A program made the position numbers and the translations under genes. A stretch of DNA of 64,000 nucleotides from Candidatus Binataceae bacterium (GTDB lineage: Bacteria; Desulfobacterota; Binatia; Binatales; Binataceae), in the NCBI GenBank assembly GCA_963789715.1, contig CAWBLQ010000004.1, positions 286,367 to 350,366 on the forward strand. Direction: 5' to 3'. The notes under the pieces were generated by a model, which did not search any database, was not told where the DNA came from, and saw only the letters and a list, made by a program, of their open reading frames with translations. Position 1 is the stretch's first letter. Every line of letters starts with the position of its first letter. Shown one piece after another: positions 34,161 through 45,326 of the stretch.

Positions 34161-35525
34161 CTACGAGCGCATCGCGGCGAGCGCGGCCAGCGCGGTCTTG
34201 ACCATCGTCTCGCCGCTGCCGGCCGCAATTCGCGCGGTATCGACTTCATAACCACCCTCGGCGTAGGCGGCGCGGGTGGGAATGTAACCGATCAGATCGT
34301 TGCAGTAGCCGGCGACATAAGTATGCGCGAAGTGCGCGGTTGCCTTCAGCGCGAGACCGAGCTCGACGAAGAGTTCGCCGGGGATGCCAACGATAGCAAG
34401 ATTGCCGACAGTGACGAGGGTCATCGCGGTGGCGAGATCGCGGCGCGTCAGATCAACGCGGCGGTCGCGGCGATTTTGCTCCTCGAGGGCTTCCAGAGCG
34501 CTCAGCGCCGCGCGGGACTGTGTGTGGTGGTCGCGCAGGCGCTTCAACTGGTAGCCGCCGCCGCCGCGATGGTTGTCGAGCGAGGCCTGGGTCTGGGCGG
34601 CGCAATCGCGCGCGATGGCGAGGTCGGCGCTCAGATCTTTGAGTTCGAGGTTTAGCGCGATCCTGCGCACGGCGATCCTGGCGTCGGCGACAGAGGGCGC
34701 GCGCGCGAGCGCGTCGAAGGCGCTGCGGCCCATCGCGCGCCCGTATTGCTCCGCGACTTCGAAGTTACCGCGGCTGCGGGGATCGATGTTGCCGGTCGCG
34801 CCTTGGAGGAAAATCGAGATTGGGCGCGAGCCCGCCGCGGAGCTGGCCGCGGTTTCGATTTCGTCCATCGCGAAGCCGGGCCAGTCGCGCGAGTAGAGCA
34901 GGTTGTCTTCGCACAGCACGACGCCGTGGCATGGATAATTCATGATGAACGCGAGCGGACTTCCGTCCGGGCGGTACGCGCCGAGCGCCTGGACTTCAGC
35001 GTCGGCCGGGCCCAGCCGGTTAGCGGCAAGTTGGATCTGCCGGTTCGGGCGCATCAGGCGGCGATTGATTCCCAGCGTGAATGGAGCGGTGGCGGCGCGA
35101 AGCGTCGCGGGTTCGAGATTCTCGTGCGCCTGGATAATCGCGGCGGCGATTTTTTCGGGCAGCGCGCGCTCCCATTCGAGGTCGCGGCCGTCGGCGGGTT
35201 TCGCATCGGCGCGCGGAGTCGCGAAGATGTTGAAGGCGGGCGCAGAATGGGTGTGAGTGGCGCAAATCAGAATCGAATCGGCGGGGATGCCGGCGACGGC
35301 GGAGGCGCGCTCGCGGATGTCGTCGGCGATGCGACTCCCGAGCGCGAGCAGATCGACGCCGGCGATGGCGACCTTCGCGTCGCCGTCGCCGAGCACGAGC
35401 GCTTGCGCGGCGAGGTCGTCGTGCACGCCCTGGTTGCGGCCGACACGGCCGCCGTACCCGAGCATCACGAGGCCCGCGGGCGGATCGAGCTTGACGCGCG
35501 CGGCGCCGGCGTAGAGTGGACTCAT
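34161..35525 (-). CDS. Neutral/alkaline ceramidase-like amidohydrolase
   Basis: MLGYGGR, VHDDLAAQAL, ICATHTHSAP, NYPCHG, YSRDWPG, FLQGATGNI, IPGELF and GYCNDLIGYIPT. ATGA overlap with the upstream gene. Confidence 0.75.
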   Translation of the reverse strand: MSPLYAGAARVKLDPPAGLVMLGYGGRVGRNQGVHDDLAAQALVLGDGDAKVAIAGVDLLALGSRIADDIRERASAVAGIPADSILICATHTHSAPAFNIFATPRADAKPADGRDLEWERALPEKIAAAIIQAHENLEPATLRAATAPFTLGINRRLMRPNRQIQLAANRLGPADAEVQALGAYRPDGSPLAFIMNYPCHGVVLCEDNLLYSRDWPGFAMDEIETAASSAAGSRPISIFLQGATGNIDPRSRGNFEVAEQYGRAMGRSAFDALARAPSVADARIAVRRIALNLELKDLSADLAIARDCAAQTQASLDNHRGGGGYQLKRLRDHHTQSRAALSALEALEEQNRRDRRVDLTRRDLATAMTLVTVGNLAIVGIPGELFVELGLALKATAHFAHTYVAGYCNDLIGYIPTRAAYAEGGYEVDTARIAAGSGETMVKTALAALAAMRS

Positions 35526-36772
35526 GTCAGTTTGGTTCCGGCGAGATCGGCGGCTCTGGAAGCCACTTTGGCGGCTGCGGCGGCGATGTCGTCGAGGTCG
35601 CGGTCGTCGCCGAGCAGGCATTCGTGCGGGATCGAGACGAGCGCGTGCTCGAACAGGCGTTCAGCGACCGGGCAATCGATCGCGACAGTATCGGGGTTTG
35701 CGCCGGCGAGTTCGCATGCTTTGCGATAAGCCGCCGACTCGCGCGGGAAGAGCGCGGATCGATAGACGGGATCGTTGGCGACGCCGCATGGGATGCCTTC
35801 GGCGCGAAGGGCGCGGACGAACCGGTTGCGCGAAAGGCCGAGCGCGGATTCGTCGACGAGAAAGACAAATGCGTAGATGACTTCGCGCGTGACGCGCGGA
35901 TCGCGCGCGACGGGCGTCAGCCCCTTGATGGCGCCGAGTTCTGCGCGCAGGCGCGCGGCGGCGCGGCTCTTGCGCTCGATCTGTTCGGGCAGGCGCGCGA
36001 GTTGCGCGAGCAGAATTCCGCATTGCCATTCCGTCATCCGGTAGTTCGCGCCCATCAGCGGGCCTTCGAAGTTGTCGCCGGGGCGGCGGCGTCCGCAATT
36101 GATGAGCGACTGGCATCGCTGCTCGAGGTCGGGGTCGTCGGTCGTGATCATGCCACCTTCGCCCGCCGTCATCGGCTTGGAAGATTGAAAACTGAAGCAG
36201 CCGAGAGCGCCGTGAGTACCGACGCCGCGATCGCGGAATCGAGCACCCGGGACGTGGGCGCAATCCTCGACCAGCGCAATCGAATGCGCGCGCGAAATGT
36301 CGGCGAGTGCGTCGAGGTCGGCGAGCGAGGCGCCGTAGTGGACGGGGATGATGGCTTTGGTGCGGCGGGTGATCAGGCGCTTGACGGATTCGGGATCGAT
36401 GCACGCGTCGGCGGCGCTGACGTCGGCAAAGACGGGACGCGCCATGCATGCGACGGCGGCATAGGGAGTCGCGGCGAAAGTGATCGCGGGAACGATGACC
36501 TCGTCGCCGGCGCCGATGCCGAGTGCTTTGAGTGCGACCTCGAGCGCGCTGGTGCCGGAAGTCGTCGGGATGGCGAAGCGAGCGCCGTGATACGCGGCGA
36601 ATGCGGCGGCGAACTCGGCGGCCTTGCGATTAGGGCTGGGATAGCCGCCCCAGCTGGCCGAGGTGAGGACGTCGTCGAGTTGCGTGCGCTCGCGGTCGTC
36701 GAAGACGGGCCACGTGGGGAAGGGGCGGGTGCGAAGGGGCTCGCCGCCGAGGATTGCGAGTGAGGAGGGCAT
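35522..36772 (-). CDS. DegT/DnrJ/EryC1/StrS PLP aminotransferase (aminocyclitol/AHBA-synthase-like N-terminus)
   Basis: LAILGGEP, TSGTSAL, EDCAH, FSFQSSKPMTAGEGG (PLP lysine) and NYRMTEWQ. Confidence 0.92.
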   Translation of the reverse strand: MPSSLAILGGEPLRTRPFPTWPVFDDRERTQLDDVLTSASWGGYPSPNRKAAEFAAAFAAYHGARFAIPTTSGTSALEVALKALGIGAGDEVIVPAITFAATPYAAVACMARPVFADVSAADACIDPESVKRLITRRTKAIIPVHYGASLADLDALADISRAHSIALVEDCAHVPGARFRDRGVGTHGALGCFSFQSSKPMTAGEGGMITTDDPDLEQRCQSLINCGRRRPGDNFEGPLMGANYRMTEWQCGILLAQLARLPEQIERKSRAAARLRAELGAIKGLTPVARDPRVTREVIYAFVFLVDESALGLSRNRFVRALRAEGIPCGVANDPVYRSALFPRESAAYRKACELAGANPDTVAIDCPVAERLFEHALVSIPHECLLGDDRDLDDIAAAAAKVASRAADLAGTKLT

Positions 36773-37049
36773 TGAGATTAATCTAATTTATTACTTTAAG
36801 TATGAGGAAAGCCAGGATAACGCGGAACGAGCTGTTCCCTACCACTGGTTGTGGTTTGGCGACGGATCCACCCTAACGGTAGTTTCGTTCCGTCAAAAAC
36901 TATTTCTGACGGACGCGAGCGTCGGCGGATTTCGGGCGAGGCCGGCGAGTATGGAGCGTGATGACGCTGGTCCATACCGCATGTTTAGCACAGGGAATCC
37001 GCCGGCGTCAGGCTGAACTAGGACATCCCCAACCGCCCTCGCGGCGATT

Positions 37050-37349
37050 CTATTTGCGCGCGACTTCGGTCAGGAACGTCAACTCGGGGCGGCCAGCGAG
37101 GATGCCGCCGATTTTGCCGCCGAATGCTTTCATGTGATCGGTCTTGCCGTGCGCGTCGAAGGCGGCCTGATCCTGGTAAACCTCGTAGTAAAGGAACTCG
37201 GTCGGGTCTTTAGCGTTCTGGTGAAGGACGTAGGCGAGAGTGCCGGGCTCGGCGGCTTTCACCGTCGCGATCATTTCCTTGGCCGCAGCCGTGAACTCGG
37301 CTTCCTTGCCGGACTGCACCTTAAGTTTCGCAATCAGGTTAATCGACAT
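37050..37349 (-). CDS. Antibiotic biosynthesis monooxygenase (ABM) family protein
   Basis: LIAKLKVQSGKEAEF, EPGTLAY and YEVYQDQAAFDAH. RBS AAGGAG precedes the ATG at 37349. Confidence 0.88.
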   Translation of the reverse strand: MSINLIAKLKVQSGKEAEFTAAAKEMIATVKAAEPGTLAYVLHQNAKDPTEFLYYEVYQDQAAFDAHGKTDHMKAFGGKIGGILAGRPELTFLTEVARK

Positions 37350-37529
37350 CGTGGCTCTCCTTGAGGAATCAGATTCAACTACCGTCGTATTCGGACGCGC
37401 GCGGTTTTTCAAGGCGAATCGACGCGCGGGGCGGCGGCTCTTTCAATCCGGCGCGGGGTCGACTAACGGTGAAAAGCCGATCGCGGCAACGCGACGCCCG
37501 GACACGGCTGCGAGCGAGGAGAAATCAAG

Positions 37530-38672
<1,143 letters not shown>

Positions 38673-38686
38673 GGAACTTGATTGTA

Positions 38687-38751
38687 GTGAAACCCATCCT
38701 TGGGTTTCACGCTTCCTTGGGCAGGGGTGACCCCTGCACCCGGTACCCGGA
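38687..38751 (+). repeat. REP-like double-hairpin element, copy 1
   Basis: GTGAAACCC-atcctt-GGGTTTCAC, then GCAGGGG-tga-CCCCTGC. Lies between convergent genes. An inverted copy is at 43098-43161. Confidence 0.85.
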
Positions 38752-38757
38752 GAAGCG

Positions 38758-39060
38758 TCAGTTCTCCGGGGGCGCTACTGGATGTGGGACCGGTGGGTCT
38801 TCGTTGGCGGGTTCGTTGCCGGTGACAGAACCGACGTAGCCGCCCTGGTGGTACACGTCGACCTGGCCGGTGGTCGGATCGGGTAGCAGGTTCCATTCGT
38901 CGGGCGGCGGCGTATCGGTCGAGGGCGGCATGTACACGATGGGTTCAGGCGGAGGAGGAGCAGGTGGCGGCGTCGCGGCGCAGGCGGCTATTGCGAGCGA
39001 CACCGCGAGCGCGAATCCGGTTCGCCAAATGGTGCAGACCTGTCCTGTACTTCGATTCAT
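38758..39060 (-). CDS. Small proline-rich putative lipoprotein
   Basis: MNRSTGQVCTIWRTGFALAVSLAIAAC (lipobox-like), then ATPPPAPPPPEP. The ATG at 39060 avoids overlap with the upstream gene. Confidence 0.6.
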   Translation of the reverse strand: MNRSTGQVCTIWRTGFALAVSLAIAACAATPPPAPPPPEPIVYMPPSTDTPPPDEWNLLPDPTTGQVDVYHQGGYVGSVTGNEPANEDPPVPHPVAPPEN

Positions 39061-39157
39061 GGTGCGGCGCAGATTCGCGCGCGGACTCAGACTCAGGATT
39101 ATCTTGTCGGCTGATCGCACTAATCGCAAGTCGGCGCGGCGCGCGGGAGTGCGCGCG

Positions 39158-40099
39158 CTATTTGCGCGGGATGCCGAGGACTTCGCGGAAGTGGTGGATG
39201 GTTTTTTCCAGGCCGGCGCGAAGCGCGATGTGCGGTTGCCAGCCGAGGACTTTTTTCGCGATCTCGATGCTTGGTTTACGGCGGATAGGATCGTCGGGAC
39301 GCGGCGGCTTGATGACAACCTTCGAGGAGCTGCCCGCGAGTTCGATGGCAAGTTTGGCGAGTTCAGCGATTGTGAATTCGTCGGGGTTGCCGACGTTGAC
39401 CGGGCCGATATGCGTGTCCTGATTCATCATGCGCACCAGCGCGTCGATGATGTCGTCGACGTAGGCGAACGAGCGGGTCGAAGTGCCGTCGCCGTAGATC
39501 TCGAGATCCTCGCCGCGCAGCGCAGCGACGCAGAAGTTGGAGACCACGCGACCGTCGTTGATCGCCATCCGCGGGCCGTAGGTGTTGAAGATGCGCACGA
39601 TGCGGGTGTCGACGTTGTTCTGCCGGTGATAGTCCATCATGAGGCATTCGGCGACGCGCTTGCCCTCGTCGTAGCAGGAGCGCACGCCGATCGGATTGAC
39701 GTGGCCCCAGTACGATTCGGTCTGCGGATGCTCCTCGGGGTCGCCGTAAACCTCGCTGGTGGAGGTCAACAGGATGCGCGCGCGCACCCGCTTGGCCAGC
39801 CCGAGCATGTTGATGGTGCCCATCACGGAGGTCTTGATGGTCTTTACCGGGTTGTACTGGTAATGCACGGGCGACGCGGGGCAGGCGAGGCTGAAGATGC
39901 GATCGACCTCGAGCAGGATTGGCTCGACAACGTCGTGGCGGATGAATTCGAAATTGCGGTTGCCGAGCAGGTGCATGATGTTGGCGCGCTTGCCGCTGAA
40001 GAAGTTGTCGAGGCAGATGACCTCGTGGCCGTCAGCGAGCAGGCGCTCGCATAGATGGGAGCCGAGGAATCCCGCGCCGCCGGTTACCAGTGTGCGCAC
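39158..40099 (-). CDS. UDP-glucuronate decarboxylase (UDP-xylose synthase) family SDR
   Basis: [40 protein letters not shown] and [10 protein letters not shown]. Confidence 0.93.
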   Translation of the reverse strand: MRTLVTGGAGFLGSHLCERLLADGHEVICLDNFFSGKRANIMHLLGNRNFEFIRHDVVEPILLEVDRIFSLACPASPVHYQYNPVKTIKTSVMGTINMLGLAKRVRARILLTSTSEVYGDPEEHPQTESYWGHVNPIGVRSCYDEGKRVAECLMMDYHRQNNVDTRIVRIFNTYGPRMAINDGRVVSNFCVAALRGEDLEIYGDGTSTRSFAYVDDIIDALVRMMNQDTHIGPVNVGNPDEFTIAELAKLAIELAGSSSKVVIKPPRPDDPIRRKPSIEIAKKVLGWQPHIALRAGLEKTIHHFREVLGIPRK

Positions 40100-40114
40100 A
40101 GTGGTTCTCCCGGG

Positions 40115-41296
40115 TCAGCGGCGGTTTTCGCGCGCGATGGCAAGAACGGTTTCGATCACGTAGGCGACGTCGTCGTCAGTCATCGCGGCGTAGACGGGCA
40201 GCGACAGGCAGCGGCTGAAGATATCCTCGGCGACCGGAAAATCGCCGTCGCGGTAGCCGTAGCTGCGCTGATAGTAATGCATCGTGTGCAGCGGGATGCA
40301 GTGCACCGAGCATCCGACCCCGCGCTCGCGCAGAAGCTCGACGAACTGATTGCGGCCGAGCTTGAGCCGCTCGGGGCGGATGCGCAGTACGTAGAGATGC
40401 CAGGCGTGATCGACGCCGGGTTCGCAGTAGGCAGGCTGGAGGGCGTCGTCGGCGCGGAAGGCCTCGTTGTAGGCGCGGGCGATTTCGCCGCGGCGGCGCA
40501 TGAAGTCGTCGGCGCGCTTGATTTGCGCCAGCCCGATGGCGGCGTGCACGTCGGACAGGTTGTACTTGAAGCCCATGTCGTGGATTTCGTAATACCACGA
40601 GCCGCTCTTGTCGTAGCGCTTCCACGCGTCCTTGTTCATCCCGTGCAGGCTCGCGACGGCGATTTTTTCCGCCAGCGCGTCGTCGGCGGTGGTGATCATG
40701 CCGCCCTCGGCGGTGGTGAAATTTTTTGTGGCATAGAAGCTGAAACAGGTGAGGTCGCCGATGGTGCCGATCTTCGCCATCCCGCGTCCGTCCATGTGGC
40801 GCGCGGCGCCGGCGGCGTGCGCGGCGTCCTCGACAACCTTCAAATTGTAGTTGCGCGCGATGTTGAGAATCCGGTCCATGTCGCAAGCGTGGCCGGCGAA
40901 GTGCACCGGCAGGATCGCGCGGACGCGCCGGTGGGCGCCGCTCTCGAGCGCCTCCTCGATGCGGGCGGGGTTGATGTTGAAGGTGCCGGGATCGACATCG
41001 ACAAACACCGGCCGCGCGCCGAGGTAGCCGAGAATCTCGGCGGTCGCGGTGAAGGTGAACGGCGTGGTGATGACTTCGTCGCCGGGGCCGACGCCAAGCG
41101 CCCATAGCGACAGATGGAGCGCGCCGGTGCAATGCGCAAGCGCAAGCGCGTGTTTCGCGCCGACATAGGCGGCGAATTCGCTCTCGAAGCGCTTGGCCTT
41201 CGGGCCGGTGGTGATCCATCCGGAGCGCAGCGTGTCGAGCACCTCGCGCTCCTCGTCGGGTCCGATGGACGGACGATGAAATGCCACTTGTCGCAT
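40115..41296 (-). CDS. DegT/DnrJ/EryC1/StrS sugar aminotransferase
   Basis: [29 protein letters not shown] and GFKYNLSD. Confidence 0.94.
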   Translation of the reverse strand: MRQVAFHRPSIGPDEEREVLDTLRSGWITTGPKAKRFESEFAAYVGAKHALALAHCTGALHLSLWALGVGPGDEVITTPFTFTATAEILGYLGARPVFVDVDPGTFNINPARIEEALESGAHRRVRAILPVHFAGHACDMDRILNIARNYNLKVVEDAAHAAGAARHMDGRGMAKIGTIGDLTCFSFYATKNFTTAEGGMITTADDALAEKIAVASLHGMNKDAWKRYDKSGSWYYEIHDMGFKYNLSDVHAAIGLAQIKRADDFMRRRGEIARAYNEAFRADDALQPAYCEPGVDHAWHLYVLRIRPERLKLGRNQFVELLRERGVGCSVHCIPLHTMHYYQRSYGYRDGDFPVAEDIFSRCLSLPVYAAMTDDDVAYVIETVLAIARENRR

Positions 41297-41391
41297 CGTG
41301 TGTGATTCGGTTGAAATCGGCGCAATCCCGTCGGGCCGGGCTGGTTTCGGAGTATAAGGGATAGGTCAAAAGCGGAGCAAGGCGGAAGGCG

Positions 41392-43056
41392 ATGAGGCGC
41401 GCAGGATGGGCCGCGGCAGCGGCGGTGGTCGGATGGTACGTCTTCGCGCTTTTGATTTTGCATCCGCTGACCGACGCGCCGGTGGTGGATAGCTGGCTGT
41501 ACGGCTCGGCAGTGCGGCGCTTTCTGCGCACCGGCGAGATCAGATTTGCCGGCTACTCGCAGGCGATGCCGATAGCGCAGGTGGTGTACGGCGCGGCGTG
41601 GGCACACGCGTTCGGCGGCGACTCGGTGTCGCTGGAAATCTCGGTCGTGATGCTGGCGGTGCTGTGCGGATTGATGTTCCACGCGCTCGCGCTCAGATGC
41701 GGGGCGCCGCGATGGCAGGCGCTGGCGGCGACCGGGCTGCTGATCTGCAATCCCTGCTTCACCTTCCTGAGCTTTTCATTCATGACCGAAATTCCGTTCC
41801 TGACAACGATGGTCGCCGCGCACCTGGCGTTTGCCCGGGCGGAAGGACGGCGCGCGCAGTTGTGGCTGTGGGTAGCGGCCGCGATGGCGGTGATCGCTTT
41901 CCTGGTGCGGCCGTTCGGCGCAATGGTGATAGCAGGTTGCGTCGGCGCGATGCTGCTCGACGGAAGGGGGATCCGCGCAGCGCGTCGATGGGATCGCGCG
42001 GATTGGATCAGGATGATGGCGCCGTTCTGCGTAGCGCTGACGGTATGCACGGGGCTGTGGATCTGGCTGACGGTGCTGGGACCGAAGCCGTGGGAAATGC
42101 AGTGGGGCGAAAATCACTTCCGCTACATTTTTCTCGTGCCGATTGCGAACTATCTCCGCGCGGGCGTGCTCGGTCCGGCGCTGTACCTGGGCACGGTGTT
42201 GTCGCCGCTTGCGATTCTGCAGCTCACGACGCCGCGATGGCGGCGCATCGCGATGGGCGCCGCGGCAATTTTCGCGGCCGCGCTGGTCCTGATGTGGATG
42301 GACGATCGGTTGCCGGTGACGCCCGAATACAGTTGCTTCGGCGGATGGCACAACGTGCTGATACTGCGCGGGCAGGCGAATCGTTTTTCATGGGAGGGAG
42401 ACTGGCAATATGCGTTCCTCTTGCTGGCGAGCTTGGGCGCGGCGGGATTTATCGCAGCGTTCGCGGAAATCTACAGGACGCTCGATCGCGGGGCCGCCGC
42501 AATCGTGATAGCGGCCGTGATTTATTGGGCGGCGACGATACCGCTGTGGTTTTACAACGACCGCTACTATCTGGTGCTGGTCCCGGCCGGCGCGATCGTG
42601 CTTGCGCTCGCGCCGCTGCCTCGAAGCAGGCTGGTACAGGCGGCGGGATTTGCGATGACGCTCGCGATGGGCCTGATGTCGCTCGGCGGGACCTACGCGT
42701 ACCAGCGTGGGATGGGGGTGATCGTCGCGACGCGCAACGAACTGGAACGCGAGGGAGTTCCGCGCTCAGCGATCGACGCCGGCTACGCGCTCAACGGCGA
42801 GGACCTTTATCGCTACCCCAAGCATGGAATCGAAACGATGCAGCTCGAAGCCGGAATCCCGATGATCACGTCGCAGCAGATGGATGAATACACGATCGCG
42901 AGCGAACCCATCCCCGGCATGGAGGTCGTGCGGCAGCTCGAGTGGCCGGGCCTGTTCGGGCTAGGCCATCGCTACTTCTACCTGGTGAAAAAACAGCCCG
43001 CGCCCGCCGTCGCCAATCCGCCGAATCCAGCGGCAACCAAAAGCCAGGGCAATTAG
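41392..43056 (+). CDS. Polytopic membrane glycosyltransferase (GT-C/GT39-like)
   Basis: Early loop VVDSWLY, FMTEIPF, more than 10 TM segments and YNDRYYLVLVP. Confidence 0.68.
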   Translation: MRRAGWAAAAAVVGWYVFALLILHPLTDAPVVDSWLYGSAVRRFLRTGEIRFAGYSQAMPIAQVVYGAAWAHAFGGDSVSLEISVVMLAVLCGLMFHALALRCGAPRWQALAATGLLICNPCFTFLSFSFMTEIPFLTTMVAAHLAFARAEGRRAQLWLWVAAAMAVIAFLVRPFGAMVIAGCVGAMLLDGRGIRAARRWDRADWIRMMAPFCVALTVCTGLWIWLTVLGPKPWEMQWGENHFRYIFLVPIANYLRAGVLGPALYLGTVLSPLAILQLTTPRWRRIAMGAAAIFAAALVLMWMDDRLPVTPEYSCFGGWHNVLILRGQANRFSWEGDWQYAFLLLASLGAAGFIAAFAEIYRTLDRGAAAIVIAAVIYWAATIPLWFYNDRYYLVLVPAGAIVLALAPLPRSRLVQAAGFAMTLAMGLMSLGGTYAYQRGMGVIVATRNELEREGVPRSAIDAGYALNGEDLYRYPKHGIETMQLEAGIPMITSQQMDEYTIASEPIPGMEVVRQLEWPGLFGLGHRYFYLVKKQPAPAVANPPNPAATKSQGN

Positions 43057-43097
43057 CTTTACAAACCCATTCGAACAGGGACGAAGTCCCGCATCTT

Positions 43098-43161
43098 TCC
43101 GGGTACTGGGTGCAGGGGTCACCCCTGCCCAAGGAAGTGTGAAACCCACGGCGGGTTTCAC
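43098..43161 (-). repeat. REP-like double-hairpin element, copy 2 (inverted)
   Basis: The reverse complement matches copy 1 at 57 of 59 positions outside the first loop. That loop differs (gccgt versus atcctt) while both stems are retained. Confidence 0.85.
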
Positions 43162-43215
43162 ATTAAATAAAGTGATTTCCGCTTCCCCCGGGGACACGCC
43201 GATGACGTCGGACAC

Positions 43216-44157
43216 TCACTTTTCCTTGCTGCGGCGATCGTACGAGATGGAGTAAGCGGCTGACCGCGCCAACAGGATCGGATCGTCCGAGAGACCGATA
43301 CCGTCGGTCACGTTGGTCGGGTCGAACACGAAACGGCGCTCATCGGCCGCGCTGGTCGGGGAGATTCGGGTCACCTCCAGCCGTCCCAGCTCGACCAGGG
43401 GCCGGTCCGCTGGCCACAAGGCAGTGGCGTCGTTGGTGGGATCGCTTTCGTTAGCCAATTGCAGGAGGAGGCGGAACGCGACAGGGCCGTTTCGCAGGCG
43501 GCTCTCCAATTCCTCGCGCAGAAAATTCGCGCTGCGCTTGATCGCATCGTCGGGCGATAGATAGACCTCTCCCGCCTCAGGCGTCCAGCGATAGCGGCCG
43601 AATCGGCTGCTGCCATCTGCGGCGGTGAACCGAAATGCATGCTCCGAGTAATAGCAGGCCTGCCCATAGCTGGCCGGAATCGGTTTCTTAGTCAGACGTT
43701 CGATGAAGGCGCGTGTAGCAGGATGACTCTCCAGAAAGCGCGGGACCGCGTCGGGTGCAGGCTTGCCGGTAGCGGGGTCGGGGAGTTGCGCACGCAGAAA
43801 AGCTAGAAACTCCTCTGGTGTCCGCGCGGGAAACCCTTCGATGTGGAGCGCCAGGATGTCGGCGTTCTTGCCGTCGGGTAACTGGAATTTCACCGCCAGC
43901 GCGCGAGCGCTGGAGATGCCATCGTGTATGTCAGGATCTCCGTTCGAATTGGAGAAACGCAATACGGTTGGGACCGCTTGCCCTTGCAGATGCGGCGCGC
44001 GGCTCACCCCCCGCGCGGCAGGTGCGGCGCGAAACGTTCCCGAGCAGACGATTCCTTTGGCGTGAACGGGGCGGAACCCCGAATGTGGGCCGGCTAGCGC
44101 CCGCATAGTCTCCACGAGTTGAGCGACAACGGTTGCTGATGCGGGAGATTCTGACAT
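43216..44157 (-). CDS. Catalase-related peroxidase (short catalase domain)
   Basis: RPVHAKG (distal His), RFSNSNG, ALAVKF and LLARSAAYSISY (proximal Tyr). RBS GAAGGAGG precedes the ATG at 44157. Confidence 0.9.
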   Translation of the reverse strand: MSESPASATVVAQLVETMRALAGPHSGFRPVHAKGIVCSGTFRAAPAARGVSRAPHLQGQAVPTVLRFSNSNGDPDIHDGISSARALAVKFQLPDGKNADILALHIEGFPARTPEEFLAFLRAQLPDPATGKPAPDAVPRFLESHPATRAFIERLTKKPIPASYGQACYYSEHAFRFTAADGSSRFGRYRWTPEAGEVYLSPDDAIKRSANFLREELESRLRNGPVAFRLLLQLANESDPTNDATALWPADRPLVELGRLEVTRISPTSAADERRFVFDPTNVTDGIGLSDDPILLARSAAYSISYDRRSKEK

Positions 44158-44192
44158 GGTGAGCCTCCTTCGACGCGCGACGAATCCGCGAA

Positions 44193-45242
44193 CTAGCTGG
44201 CGCTGCCGGGGGCTGGGCCCGGCATCACGTAGGTCGGGACGCCGGTCTTCTCTTCGACAGCCTTCTCGAGCTTCTGCATATCGATCTGGTCGATGATTCC
44301 CTGCCGTTCGGCTTCCTTCTCCGCGTAGGCCCACAGGCCAACGTATTTGCCATAGAGATCGTCGTGGACTTCGACGTAGAGCGAGTCGCCGCGCCATCCG
44401 AACTTCACCGGCTGATAGACGAACATGCCGGGCGTGCCGATTTTCACCTTGTTGAAGAGGCGCTCGATGTCCTCGGGATACAGCCGGATGCATCCGTGGC
44501 TGACTTCCATGCCGACCCCCCACGGTACGTTGGTGCCGTGCAGGGCGTACTCGGGCAGGGTCAGCTCGATGCGGTAGTGGCCGAGCGGATTGTCGGGATC
44601 GTCGCCGGAGACCACGTGCTCGGCTTCGCCGTCGCGCTCGAGATGTTCCTCGTAAATGTCCTCGGGCACCACCCAGGTCGGATTGCGCGTCTTGCCGCGG
44701 ACCCTGAAATCACCGACCGGAGTTTTCCAGTCGAAACGCCCGAGGCCAACCGGGAACGAGTACACCACCGACGGCGTGACTCCGCCCGAGTGCCTTTTTG
44801 GCACGAACTTGGCCGGTGTCACCTTGCCCTTGCTGGGCATCGGTCCGGTCGGCGAGGGAAAATAATAGTAGAGCCGCATCTCCGGGATGTTCAGCACGAT
44901 TCCAACGCGGGGAGCGTCGGGCAGGATGTGCTCGTCGGGCAGAATGATCACGCGGCCGGCCGGCGGCGCCCACCAGTCGAGTCCGCCGTTGGCGTTGGAG
45001 ATTTCTTTCGCCGTCACGCCGAACCATCGCCCGACGTCGAGCAGCGTGTCGCCCTTCTGGATCTGGTAGGTGATCAGATTGCCGATGATGTCGTCCTTGC
45101 CGTGGGGCAGCGGGTAGGCATAGAGCGGACGTCTCTCGAATTCGTCCTCGGTCCACGCGCCCTGTGCGGCGGGAATCGCGACCAACGCGATGAGGAGCAG
45201 GGCAGGGAAGAATCGAATCGCGAAATCAGTGAAGCGTTTCAT
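44193..45242 (-). CDS. L,D-transpeptidase (LysM + YkuD, ErfK-like)
   Basis: Signal peptide, YQIQKGDTLLDV, LNIPEMRLYY and YALHGTN...SHGCIRLY. Confidence 0.93.
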   Translation of the reverse strand: MKRFTDFAIRFFPALLLIALVAIPAAQGAWTEDEFERRPLYAYPLPHGKDDIIGNLITYQIQKGDTLLDVGRWFGVTAKEISNANGGLDWWAPPAGRVIILPDEHILPDAPRVGIVLNIPEMRLYYYFPSPTGPMPSKGKVTPAKFVPKRHSGGVTPSVVYSFPVGLGRFDWKTPVGDFRVRGKTRNPTWVVPEDIYEEHLERDGEAEHVVSGDDPDNPLGHYRIELTLPEYALHGTNVPWGVGMEVSHGCIRLYPEDIERLFNKVKIGTPGMFVYQPVKFGWRGDSLYVEVHDDLYGKYVGLWAYAEKEAERQGIIDQIDMQKLEKAVEEKTGVPTYVMPGPAPGSAS

Positions 45243-45326
45243 GAACTTCCAGGTACTTCGGTGACAGATTCGCGCAAACTATCGGCGCCGAGCATAATCG
45301 CCTTCGGAGAAATGATAGCGGCGCGA

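Noticed and set aside
38687-38751. CRISPR repeat or IS terminal inverted repeats
   Set aside because: Only two copies 4.3 kb apart, no spacers, no cas or transposase gene between them, and no target-site duplication noticed.
40176-41531. 451-aa Arg/Pro-rich ORF in an alternative frame of the aminotransferase, and many similar same-strand alternative-frame ORFs
   Set aside because: Composition typical of off-frame translation of GC-rich genes, and fully overlapping a well-supported CDS.
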